The translations under genes and the position numbers were made by a program. The notes under the pieces were generated by a model. That model ran no database searches. It saw only the letters and a program-made list of their open reading frames with translations, and had not been told where the DNA came from. A stretch of DNA of 58,946 nucleotides, counting the filler, from Dugesia japonica (lineage: Eukaryota), in NCBI GenBank assembly GCA_001938525.1. It is 5 parts of 5 records of this genome, joined end to end, with 100 filler letters (N's around TTAATTAATTAA, not from the genome) between each part and the next. Parts side by side here need not be neighbours in the genome. Positions count along the whole stretch, not along the records: positions 1 to 19,233 come from MQRL01611244.1; 4 more parts are not named here. One strand, 5' to 3'. Of this stretch, positions 1-10,679 are shown piece by piece (position 1 is the first letter of the stretch; every line of letters begins with the position of its first letter).

Positions 1-530
1 GCAATTTCATTGAACACTGCACACATGATAAAACAAGTTCTTTACCAAACAAGGTAATGAAAAATCGATAAATGCTTTACCAAAAATGATTTATGCATAC
101 AACCATTCTGAGCATAGACGTATTGGAAGATGAGGAAAGAAACCAGTTGATGTTATGGATGATGATGATTATACACAGTATTTCATAAATAAAAACCAAA
201 ATATAAAATTGGACAACATGTACAGATTTCTCGAATTAGTACTACACCATTCGTCAAAAACTTTGATAATAATTGGAGTGATGAAGTCTTTCAAATCTCA
301 GAAATCAACACGAGACAGACCCCAGCCATGTATGTAATACATGATGAAGATGGTATTATTATTCAAGGCAAATGTTATGAGCAGAAATCGCCAAATGTGG
401 CCAAAAAACCAAGTATATATTGAATCAAATCAATTCTCAAAACCAAAGGTCAAGGACAATACAAANNNNNNNTAGTTGAATGGCACGGGTATTCAAAATC
501 TACGTGGATTCAAGCATCTCAAATCCAATA
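1..530 (+). pseudogene. Polinton/Maverick-type integrase C-terminal region with chromo-like tail (degenerate)
   Basis: Frameshifted translation gives YAYNHSEHRRIG..PVDV, then NNWSDEVFQI..PAMYVIHDEDG..IQGKCYEQ and LVEWHGYSKSTWI. This matches the Polinton integrase pattern YNxxxH.SI...P.DV / NWSxE.F.I / G.FYExE / LVKW.GY...WI. Contains stops and frameshifts. Confidence 0.75.
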
Positions 531-607
531 ATGAGTTTCTATATGGTTTTGTTTAGTAATAGTTGTTCTAGAACTCGAACTGATAATAAAGTGAGCAAGT
601 ATTTAGT

Positions 608-860
608 TTCATTTAAAATAAAAGCTTCAATCAAAATTTTTTTAATATTGTTTTTTTAGATTAACTCGATATTTCAATATAAAAAGTAAATTCCTGACGA
701 AGAAAATGTCGAAATATCGAATCAAAAAATTTATTATCTCAAAAAAACAATGTAAAAACTTTTCCTTGAAGCTTTTATTTTAAATGAATTTTAAAAAACC
801 ATCAATGGTTACGTCCAACAATTTTTCTAGCAATAATTGCAATTGATAAAAAGTATTCAG
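608..860. mobile_element. Penelope-like element terminal (pseudo-LTR) fragment in inverted arrangement
   Basis: TTCATTTAAAATAAAAGCTTCAA (608-630) and its reverse complement (766-788) flank a hammerhead motif. The same family recurs at ~3408-3496, 23270-23355, 35789-35880, 38402-38478, 39510-39637 and 56320-56425. Confidence 0.6.
690..722 (+). ncRNA. Minimal type I hammerhead ribozyme (stem II mutated)
   Basis: attc-CTGACGA-a-gaa aat gtc-GAAA-ta-TC-gaat. Stem I attc/gaat pairs, the CUGANGA and GAAA core is present, and helix III is the palindromic AUAU. Confidence 0.6.
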
Positions 861-2279
861 TTGACTATGAGAATTCCATCAACTTAAAAGATTACCAGTG
901 GGAAGTTGCTATGACCAAATTTGTATTCAATTATTGTCCACAGACTATACAAAAAGTTTCGAAAATTGAATTTAAAATAAGAGAGGTGAAGGAAAATGAG
1001 AATCGATTTCAATTAAGTATTGTAGATGTTATGTTGCAACTTAATAATACCGTCCCTCTCAATAAATATAATTTGCATTTATTGTCCGAAGAAAAGAAAG
1101 TAATATTGAAAACATATTGTCAAGTAGAAATGGAGTTTAATTCAATATCCGATGCTAAAACTTTTGGATTTAATTTAATCAATACCAAAAATAAAAGGCC
1201 GTTATTTTCAGATAATATTCTTCAACCGTTTTATTACATGTTTTCCATGACATATTCTATGGGTAGTTTATCAAAATCTGCCCAAACAACTAATGAGTAC
1301 TTATAGCGCAGGCGTCATCATCTGATGTAGGTTGATGGAGATTGTAAATTCGATCCAAAACGAAAAATCTCAACAACCTACAAGCAATTCCTATTGATGC
1401 ATTGTTTTATGTTAATGATGATAAAAAAGGAAAGAAAATCCATACTCTCAACCATTTTTCCTGAGTCTTCGAATTAGTAATTATCCACACCATACATTAC
1501 ATAACATGTAGTATTTTGTCGTAGTTTTCGATCAAATCCATTTATTCAACTAACTTATTTGATTTTTTATTAATATAACCGCTAGATGAATTTGGAATCC
1601 TCATCGGATTATCAATATCAGAACTCGAATTCATAACAAGATTTATTAAAACAAAATCTATACATATAAATTTGTTTTTTCCAAACAAATTTAAAATTTT
1701 ATATTCAAAACAGAAAACATCAAATATCAGTATTTGCAAAACATTTTAAAATTTATCTGTCAAATTTTAAAAATACCTTTTATATATTTTATTTTATTTT
1801 AATTTATCCACAATTTATTAAATTTCAAATTTAAAAATACATTCTATATATTTTATCTTACTTGCTTATTTAAATATTTAACAAACTGATTTCAATAAAT
1901 TCTGCCTCAAAATACAAAAAATTGAATCTGCTTTTAAAATCTTCCTTTCAATAACTATTGTTAACTAATTCCCTGCGCAATACGCTTTGAAATTTCGTGC
2001 TCGTTGGGAACAAAATTTCGATTTTACTGCACTAAATGCGAAATATCACTTCCTTCTGCATAAAAGGTGCTCGTATGCACTATGTATCGAATGTAAAAGG
2101 TTGTGTAGAGCAGGAAAAAATTTAAAAACACATCGTGAATTAACACGCTTAGAGCGCGTATATACGTTTTTAGCAGCGAAAGGAATTTCAGAATGTCAAA
2201 AAAATCCATCAATCAGTATAAAATAAATAATTAAAATAATCAATAATTTTTAATTAAAAGTATCGAAAAAATCGAGATA

Positions 2280-2800
2280 CCAAAACAATCTAAAAGATAT
2301 TTTCAATCATTACTGTATAATCACAATTTTTGGACAAATTTTGTTCCAGAAATTGAACAGATCTCTATTTATTCAGGAAATCGGTTATTTACTTGCCAAA
2401 TTCGTATTTCTCTCGAAAGTTATGTAAAGAATCTATTTTTAAACTTGTAAGAATACATTATTGAAATTTGTTTTCCGACATTTCATATGATGCGTTTGAA
2501 TCAATTTTTGAATTGAAACAATTTTAGATACGATTAAACTATTGCTCTCAAACTTTACAAATGCGTTGTAAACAATTTTATCTCTTATTTTGTCTGTTGC
2601 ATCGTGCTTCAAGTACTTTTCTAAAATAATGTCGTTAGTGTTTCAGTGTTTGTAAAATTTCACGCCATACTTAAGAAGACCATTCAATCTTTAGTGGTAA
2701 TTTTTTCAAATGTTCCTTACATCAATTGTTTTTATCAGACCTATATCAAGTGGTCGCAGTAATACAGTCGCATTTTAGGTTCAACAAACTGACATTTAAA
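2280..2800 (-). mobile_element. pogo/Tigger DDE transposase remnant
   Basis: The minus strand reads TVLLRPLDIGLIKT, similar to the TSxLQPLDxGII motif of DDE_1 transposases. Heavily decayed, so boundaries are approximate. Confidence 0.45.
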
Positions 2801-3461
2801 GTTTATTTGAGTCCTTATTTAAGTCAAGTAAATAATTTTCTCTTAAGCCTACAAAGCACTTGTAAATAAATCTCAGCCATAAATATTTACTGCTGCAATA
2901 TTCAGTTTCAATTATTTTAAATAGAAATTATTAATACATCTCAGATTTTTAGATTTTTCAATAAATAGTAGAAAGTTTTGTCAACAAAACAAAATTGCAA
3001 TTCTTTCCTTTTCTATTTTACGCCTATATAACAAGGGTTAGCAACCTTTTGCTAACAATTTGTCGATACATGGTTCGAAATTATTTGACGTATCAACAAT
3101 ATGCATATTTTTAAACCACTCAAATCAATTTACCTGTTATATCGTTTATATTGCAGAGGTCAACAACCTTCAAACATAATCAAATTATTAATATTTAAAA
3201 TTTAAAACATAGAACTTGTCATTGATAATCGCTTGGCGTGCTGTGAGTTGCCAACCTCTGTTCTGGAGTTATCTTATTCAATAAAACGTTTTCGCGGGAA
3301 TTTTTGTGCTTAAATTCAATTTTTTAGTAAATGTATTTTTCATCTTTTTGCTTATCAATTGTTTATATGTTTGATAAATCTATAGATCTTGCTTCCCGAA
3401 AATAATTCATTTGAAATAAAACCTTCAATCAAAATCTTGTTTTTTTTTGGTATTTGATAAC

Positions 3462-3496
3462 AATTTGATATTTCGACTTTGCCTTCTTTAGGAATT
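3462..3496 (-). ncRNA. Degenerate minimal hammerhead ribozyme
   Basis: Minus strand aattc-CTAAAGA-a-ggc aaa gtc-GAAA-ta-TC-aaatt. The core G is mutated (CTGA>CTAA), so it is probably inactive. Confidence 0.45.
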
Positions 3497-3659
3497 GACT
3501 TTTTTTGCGAGTAAAAAAATAAACTAAATTTAAAATAAATTTAAAATCTAAATTATGTCTGTCTTTAAATCATTCAAACCAACCATTTGAAGCTTTCAAA
3601 TTAAGAAGATTAAGTTTAGAAGCAATCATATAATCAATTGATTTTATGACATGCAATTA

Positions 3660-4198
3660 ATTATAATATTTCTCTAGCGGACCCTTTGGAATAATTCAAA
3701 TATTGTTCTATTCATTTCTCTATGCTATTAAAATTTTATTACAATTTTCCACACTTAGCAATATAAAAACTAAAAATCGTGAACGATTAACAAATGTAGA
3801 AGAAGAAAAGCGTGTGGCTATTTCACACATAAGACCTGAAATTGAAGAAATTTGCAAATCATCAATCTCCATAATCCCATTAAACTCATTAAAGTCATTT
3901 ACGTATATAAATTTAATTTAAAAAACCCTTACTTTTATGTATTATGTAACAACGTGATTTTCAATAAATTCGATAAAAAAAGAAAAGTTAATTGTTCTTT
4001 ATTTCAGAATTTAATTCTAAGTTTCTACATTAAAAGTATTAAAATTGCACTTCAAATGTTATCTTTTTAAAAGCTTTCCGCTGAGAGAAGAGATACACCC
4101 TTCCAAACCATTCACTATAATGCTAAGCATATTGTGTTCCGCCAAAATCTTTGAAACTATAAATTGTTCCAGTTCTACTAAAAGATTAAGAACCACTG
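3660..4198 (+). mobile_element. hAT (Buster/Charlie-type) transposon 3' fragment
   Basis: FSTLSNIKTKNRERLTNVEEEKRVAISHIRPEIEEICK resembles the Buster-type hATC C-terminus. The fragment ends in TTAAGAACCACTG, the reverse complement of a CAGTGGTTCTTAA-type TIR. Confidence 0.7.
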
Positions 4199-5041
4199 CT
4201 ATAGAGTTTGTGATAGTAGAGTATTATTGGTGGAATGAATAAATAATCATGTTGTTGCATTTGTATAAACTGATACAAAATTCAGTTTTTCCATCGAAAA
4301 AATTCTCGAAATGGTGTCTTTGTCTCTGTTCTGTGCCTTTTCTAAGTTTCTTACTGAACACATCTTTATTATAAATTTCCTTTGATATTAAAATTTCTCA
4401 TGTATGCAATTTTATGTATTACATGTATTAAATACGCCGCGATAAGCATGCCGAATAAACACTTAAGTAAACCGAAGAAATCCCATTACCGGGCACCGGT
4501 TAGCAGAACTTCAATTGTTATGCTATGATCAATAAGTGAAGGTATTTCCCAACGCGACCTAACCAACAATCAAGTGAATCAGGTAATTTGAATTAAGAAT
4601 CTGTTAGCTGATTTTGAGATACCCTTTGTCTATTTAATGATGAAAGTTCTTCAAAGGCAGATACTTCTAAGAGAGGTTGAAAGAACCTATACGAATTGCC
4701 TCAAATACGCAAGAACCCAGATGGGAAGTGGAGGACTCTTTCTTCCGCTGTAAATGCATAAGGTTGTCTCTAAACAAACTCAAGCCAGGCGCAGTTGACA
4801 CTACTCACGTAATAAGTACTAACGAGTGCTGCTTAACTTTAAAATGCCACTATAAAGAAATAATTATTATTTTATAATTTTAGGCAATAGAATATGATCA
4901 AATTCCATTTTAAAATGTAATCAGTTCTATTTCAATTATAATTATCTTACTAAGCATGGGTTATAGTAGAGAAATAAATAATTACTAAAAATATTAATTG
5001 TGATTTGGAAAATAAATTACCAATTAAAGATTTATTTAACA

Positions 5042-5054
5042 TGGTGGCAGCGGT
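5042..5054 (+). promoter_or_regulatory. Primer binding site (tRNA-Leu type)
   Basis: TGGTGGCAGCGGT directly follows the LTR-terminal CA and is complementary to the 3' end (ACCGCTGCCA-CCA) of eukaryotic tRNA-Leu(AAG/TAG). Confidence 0.75.
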
Positions 5055-5490
5055 AAATAACGATTCTATTAGAGAGAGGTTATTGCCGAATGTGTTCTGC
5101 AGGGGATATGATATTGAAAAATTCATCAAGCAATGTGAACTTTATTTTGAAGCTAAAAACATCATCCTCTTGTTTGTGATATGAAGAATATGTAGAGTTT
5201 GAAAATAATTGAAGGTTTTCAGGCTCGTTTATGTATGGCATTTGAGAAAAAAAAGATGTTATCAAAGATTTCCAAAATTTGATTAACTACATGCGTGAAA
5301 TTGAAGAAATTCAAGTTTATTTTAAAAATGTAAAAGATTTAGTAAAAAGATTATTTACAAATAAAGACTTTACTGATGAAACATGGTAACAAAGATGATA
5401 GTATATTGTTCAGATAACAAAAAAGTTGAAGAAGAAGTGACTTTGCGGAAACGAGAGAATATAAAGAAATTGAAGAAACAATGACCTTAG

Positions 5491-5895
5491 TATTAGGTTT
5501 TCACATATGAAATATCCGATTTTAGAACTCGTTTTTTAAACTAATATATTTTTATTTAATATTTAACATTTAGAACTTATTTATATATTATTTTGAAGGT
5601 GAAANNNNNNNNNNNNNNNNNNNNNNNNNNNNNNNNNNNNNNNNNNNNNNNNNNNNNNNNNNNNNNNNNNNNNNNNNNNNNNTAAAAAATACGGAAATGC
5701 GAACATTATTTTTATATGAATGGAAATTAAAGCATAACCCAACAGAAGCTGCCCGAATTTGCATTTGGAGAGGGTTCAGCTAATAAAAGAACTCTTCGGA
5801 GATGGTTCGACAACTTTCAAAAGGGTGATTTAACCCGGGTCAATATGGAAAGGGGGCGCCCCAGGGTTGTCATTAGCAACGACAATGTAAAACGT
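5491..5895 (+). mobile_element. mariner 5' fragment nested in Gypsy gag
   Basis: TA+TTAGGTTTTCACATATGAAA TIR-like start, then EMRTLFLYEWKLKHNPTEAARI..FGEGSANKRTLRRWFDNFQKGDF..RGRP (Mos1-type HTH domains and GRP motif). Confidence 0.8.
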
Positions 5896-8800
5896 GAATA
5901 TAATAGATCTAATAAAGAAAAACAGAGATCAAGTTTATGTAGTTAGAAATTACACAAGAGTTACAAGTCGAAATAATCAGAAACCTGTAATTCATACAGT
6001 TAATATACATGTGGATCAAAGAAAAGAAAATCAAAATATCGAATGTAGGTTATGTCGTAAGATCGGTCATACTAAAGCTAATTGTCCGACAAAAAAGTGG
6101 TAGAGTGCAGAAGTTGTCATAAAACAAGACATATAAGTCGAGATTGTCCAAACAAAAAACCAACAAAATGTTTTGGTTGTGAAAAGGTTGGCCATATTAG
6201 AAGGTNNNNNNNNNNNNNNNNNNNNNNNNNNNNNNNNNNNNNNNGACATAGAGCAGAAGAGTGCTACACAAATTTGAAAATGAAAAGAACAAGTGGAAAC
6301 ATTTATGGATATTACGATGGATATGAGGAAATATATGAAAGTAATTCCGAAAGGCAGTATCCAAAAGGCAGGGTTCCACCAGTAGAGTAGTTGGTTGGAG
6401 CCATCCATTGTTGAATCAAGTGAGTCGAAAAGTTGGATGATATCGAAAAAGTTACAGAAAAAGTAAACAGGTTCTTACAGAGCGAAATTTGGGTATGATA
6501 GAAAAGTAAAATGGGTTAAAACAATTGAAGCAGAAAAGAAAATAAATATGTCGTTCTTTAAATTGCAAGGCAGACAAAGTGTTACGATATCAATTCAAAG
6601 AAAAAAAGTTGAATGCTTATTAGATATAGAGGCTAGAATTAACGTTATGAGTTTGAGTTGTTTTAATAAATTACGAGAAGTACATTTAAAAATGAGTGAT
6701 GAAAGATTTCATTGTGCAAATAATAGTACACAAGAAATTGTTGGAAAAGTTAGAATTGGAGGGATAAATGATGAAGTTTGCAAAGAGATTACTTTCTTAA
6801 TTGCTGAAAGAGTGACACCAGATCTGATAGAAGAATAGATATGCAGAGAATTTTTAGATACCAGTTTATGCAGAAGGTTGATAGCAAAACGAATAAAAAA
6901 GTCAAAAATTACATTTGCAATATTGAAACGAAATTTGGGAGACAAATTAAAAAGGAACAGCGATTGACAAGAGCCTTAAACACTTTAAAGATTAAAGACG
7001 ATCAACGGATTTTAAAAAAATTGGAAGTAAAGAAGATGCTTTTATGGCAGATAAATGGGATGTAGNACGCACACATCTAACAAGACACAAAATAATCACA
7101 AGAGGTGAACCAATCAATGTAAAACCGTACAGGCAACTAATGACTTTAGAATCTAAAATTGAAGAAGCTTTCCAAAACCTTTTCGAGAATAATATTATCT
7201 CCAATGTATTTGTTGCGAAGAACTTGTGGAGCCAAATATAGAAGATAGTTTGTAGTTGTGAAATTCGTCAAAAGACTAAAAACCGCTACTAACGAGAAGA
7301 CAAAGAGATTAGAAGCTATAAATTTGTTTGAAGTCATATTCACAGATATATGTGGGCTAATGGAAGAAACAAGTATACAAAAAAATACATTCTTGGAATA
7401 ATCGACCAGTATAGTAAATATTTGTTTCTTTTACCATTGCCTAGACAAGACAAGGAAACAATACGAAAAGCTATTTTTGAAAAGTGGATATTGAGATTTG
7501 GATGTCCAAGAGAGATAAGAGTAGATTGTGAAAAAGCTTTTGAATCCAGAGTTATGGGAGAGTTTACAATGAAGCTAGATATTAAACTTTGCTTTTCGAG
7601 TCATTATCATCATAATGCAAACGGACAAATTGAAAGACAATTCAAGATTTGATTAATGCAACACTTCAGGAAAGAATGACAAAAAATTAGGCAGATCTTT
7701 TACCGGAAATAGAATTTACACTAAACGCAACAAAGTAGAAGGCGGCTGGGAACAGCCTAGCTGAGATCTTATTTGGAAAAAAAATTAGCAGAGAAAAATG
7801 GTATGAATCAGACGTTTCAGATAGAACTAAAGAAAACACTTCGAACGTGATTACTAAAAGAGTATTCAAAGTGGGTGATTTTGTACTCATCAAGATAAAA
7901 ACAAGAAATAAAAGTCAACACAGATTTGAAGGACCTTATAGAATAACTGAGAAGATTCATGAAAGTTGGTTTGCAGTACAAGGAGAAAATGGACAGCGAT
8001 TGGAAAGAAATATGGAAAAACTCAGAAATTAGAGTATTAAAAAAAATAATTAATGTTTAATAATTTTAGCCAATAGAATATGATCAAATTCCATTTTAAA
8101 ATGTAATCAGTTCTATTTCAATTATAATTATCTTACTATGCATTTGTTGTAGTAGAGAAATAAATAAAGTCTAAAAATAATAATTGTGATTTGGAAAAGG
8201 AATTACCAATAGAAGATTTACCTAACAGCCACTATTTAAGTTTCAAATTTTAAACAGTGATAATTTTTAAAAAGGTGTTTTTATGATTTCCATTATAGTA
8301 AAGACTATTAAAATTTTGTTAAATGTTTCTCAAAATGTGAGGTTATAACTTCCACTTCTTTCTATAAATTCTCATTTCTTTGTACAAATTTTATTGAAAC
8401 TTATGTTTTCTGAGTTAATTTTCTTCAGTATATTGTTTGATGTTTATTATTTTAAAGCTCTTATTGCGATAAAATTTTAATTGTTTACCTTAACATCAAA
8501 TAAACATCCGCCTAAACCAAAACTGACCCAATTAAAATTTATACAATTAATTATCAATAAATTTAATACATAAATAAAATAATTTTTTTATAATATTTAA
8601 AATTTTTTTAAAAATTTATAACCAAATTAAGAGAGCAGCACTTTTTATACTAAACATTTACTTTTTATTAGTATTAAAAAGTGAATAACTGATTACAAAT
8701 CAATTTGATAGGTTGTTTCTAGTTCTTAGTTTTTTCAAAGCTTATTTGTTATGTTTTATGATTTCATGTGAATTTTTTTCCAGCAATTAACAATTTAGTA

Positions 8801-9226
8801 TTGACTGTGTATATGTTTCAATTTATTATTTTTTAAAAACTAATTCTCATTATTTTTAATTGTTTATTTTAATTTCAAATTTAACAGTTGTTAACATATG
8901 GTCATGTATATTTTTTTATTTGATGTAAAATTCGCAGAATTGAAAGATTGAATCGAAATTTTTATTTAAACTTGTAAATAATTTTTACAAAAATATTGCA
9001 CCTTTAAAAATATAATTCTTTCATATTTAAATAATTTTTAAATTTCGTTCGAAATGAAAATTAATTATAAAAAACAAATAATTTTGCACAATGCCAAATT
9101 TGTGTAAAATAAAATTACAAAAATATATAAAAATCATGCATTAACATTTCTATCATTTAATTACTTATTTTAATAATACTTTCTTAATTCTAGAAATTGA
9201 TATTAGAATAAGAAAGTAATAATTTA

Positions 9227-9405
9227 TGTTTGGGTTACACCTGAGTTAATTGAAGATAGTCGTGGCTGGGGAAAAACAGCCCTCAGGGGAACCCTTTCAA
9301 GAATTTAACCTGACGCCCCTGGGTCAGGTGTTCAGTATATGGTGGTTGACCTCTCTCTTAATGGGAGGTGCGCGCCCATAGGCCTTTTATTTGGGTTCAC
9401 TATTT
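9227..9405 (+). ncRNA. Conserved multi-stem terminal structure of the cargo element (copy 1)
   Basis: Stems GGGTT..CCTGAG/CTCAGG..AACCC, CCTGAC/GTCAGG, and TATGG/CCATA enclosing ACCTC/GAGGT. Conserved with compensatory changes in copy 2. Strand inferred from G-U pairs only. Confidence 0.5.
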
Positions 9406-9478
9406 TCCGTAAAGTTACACATAAAATTCAAACCAAAGATACTCGAAAACATTTATTAGTATAATATTTATAACTCGT

Positions 9479-9822
9479 CTAGGACGCCAGGGTCATCATC
9501 TCGATCATCAACAGTTCGAGAGGTATTCTTTCCCGGAGAAGTAAAATATCGTTAACCAGTTTATTTTCTCGGTCATGGCTGAACCAGATAATTTCCGCAA
9601 AGGACTCAACCTGTTTCTTCCAGGCTCGCTCCTGCAAGTGAGAGGTTTCGGCTTCCTTTAAAAGCGACACACTTTTTCTTATAACGAATCACCTTACTGT
9701 TGGCGGTGGCCANCTTTGCCTNCCATCGACGTTTTGCCAGTCGATATAGGTCTCAAGTGAGCTCTATGTCCTCACTGGTGTCTCTCAATTTTTTCGTGGG
9801 AGCGAATTCAAAGAGGAATGCA
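9479..9822 (-). pseudogene. Orphan ORF-C, copy 1 (helical/coiled-coil-like, disrupted)
   Basis: APTKKLRDTSE..T*DLYRLAKRRW..KVIRYKKK..EAETSHLQER..HDRENKLVNDI..PLE aligns with copy 2 (17307-17665). One stop and one frameshift. AG acceptor at 9823-9824; AATAAA at 9452-9457. Confidence 0.6.
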
Positions 9823-9992
9823 CTAAACGTTTATAATTATAATCAATAGAATACACTATGCTTAGAAAATACATCCTCATATTAATGTGGAATAGAAGTT
9901 TCCGTCAGACAATGCACATTGAAATGAAGAAAAATAACATAAGAGAGTCACTTATTTATTTTTTAAATACACAAACAACAAAAAAATTTTTA

Positions 9993-10340
9993 TTATGGAT
10001 TCAAAGTAATACCAACATTAGGAGCGGTGTTCTCGACATCGCTAACACAGAACGGCTCTCTCACACCCCAGAGTAAATTGGAGATAAAAGCTTGTACCAC
10101 TGAGGGAGGAGCGGGAGGTTGGTAATTAAATGCCGTAGTATGTGTGCGTACGGGTCCGTTCCATTTTTGGAAACGTACCCTCTCGCCGAAGTTCTGAATG
10201 CGAGCTACCATCGCCTCCACGGGGGGTAAATTAGACCTATCCACTAAAATACCAGCATCTCTATTATGCAGATTATAGTGGCGTCGGAAAATCACCCTGC
10301 GAGTTCTTCTATCTATTACTTGCTCCCAGATAGATTCCAT
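9993..10340 (-). CDS. Orphan ORF-B, copy 1 (115 aa, Arg-rich N-terminus), intact
   Basis: 46/54 N-terminal residues are identical to 17912-18190, with many synonymous differences. Acceptor-like TTAG lies 2 nt before the ATG, and the stop overlaps AATAAA. Confidence 0.8.
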   Translation of the reverse strand: MESIWEQVIDRRTRRVIFRRHYNLHNRDAGILVDRSNLPPVEAMVARIQNFGERVRFQKWNGPVRTHTTAFNYQPPAPPSVVQAFISNLLWGVREPFCVSDVENTAPNVGITLNP

Positions 10341-10496
10341 TTCTAAGTAAAGAGTGATAATAATTAGTACTAACGAAATTCATAGAAATCAGCATTATGA
10401 TATCAAAAAAAAATTTATATAAGTAGTTATTCTAATATAAAAAACGTCGAAAAGGTTTTATATATAATTTATTTTAATGATAGTAATGAACAATGA

Positions 10497-10679
10497 TCAG
10501 CTCTCAACTAAGTCTACTCTTCCCGGTAAGGGGAACATCTCGGTAAAACAACAAAGGTCTGTCTCATCAGGATGCTCGATTCTCCCTTTAGTTAATAGAT
10601 GAGCTATTGGTTGTCTTAATCGGGGAGTTTGGCGTTGTTGTTTTATCCATCGAAGGGTACGACGCAACTCTGCTGGCAT
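10497..10679 (-). CDS. Orphan ORF-A, copy 1 (60 aa), intact
   Basis: Same length as 18357-18539 and 27/60 identical without gaps (RLRQxIxHxL, ExPDETDLxCFxExFPLP). TTAG lies 3 nt before the ATG; AATAAA at 10468-10473. Confidence 0.75.
   Translation of the reverse strand: MPAELRRTLRWIKQQRQTPRLRQPIAHLLTKGRIEHPDETDLCCFTEMFPLPGRVDLVES

Larger units (their letters stand above)
531..1306 (+). pseudogene. Polinton minor capsid (penton)-like gene, interrupted by a Penelope-type repeat
   Basis: Starts immediately after the integrase with MSFYMVLFSNS..DNKVSKY and resumes after the insertion as ENSINLKDYQWEVAMTKF (ORF 911-1306). Resembles the FY..LPSNS..N...F...L...WEV.L N-terminus of Polinton minor capsid proteins. 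Confidence 0.6.
4424..8227 (+). mobile_element. Ty3/Gypsy LTR retrotransposon, internally deleted and degenerate
   Basis: Direct repeat 4877-5041 / 8062-8227, both ending ...TAACA. PBS at 5042. Gag start ERLLPNVFC..DIEKFIKQCELYFE; CCHC knuckles ~6040-6270; protease CLLDIEARINVMS ~6610; RT leader DKWDV.RTHLTRHKIITRGEPINVKPYRQ; integrase IIDQYSKY..FGCPREIRVD..ANGQIERQF and GPY motif FEGPYRI. The 5' LTR start is only approximate. Confidence 0.9.

Noticed and set aside
1960-2226. Cys-containing ORF 1987-2226 and CGTATATACGTTTTTAGCAG..AAAGG end, suggestive of a piggyBac/Chapaev 3' end
   Set aside because: Too short and decayed to assign with confidence.
9858-10076. Plus-strand ORFs overlapping the cargo cassettes (9858-10076, 17315-17497) and other element ORFs (11041, 11219, 11909, 12588, 19097)
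   Set aside because: Not conserved between the two element copies; low complexity or shadow frames of the conserved minus-strand ORFs.
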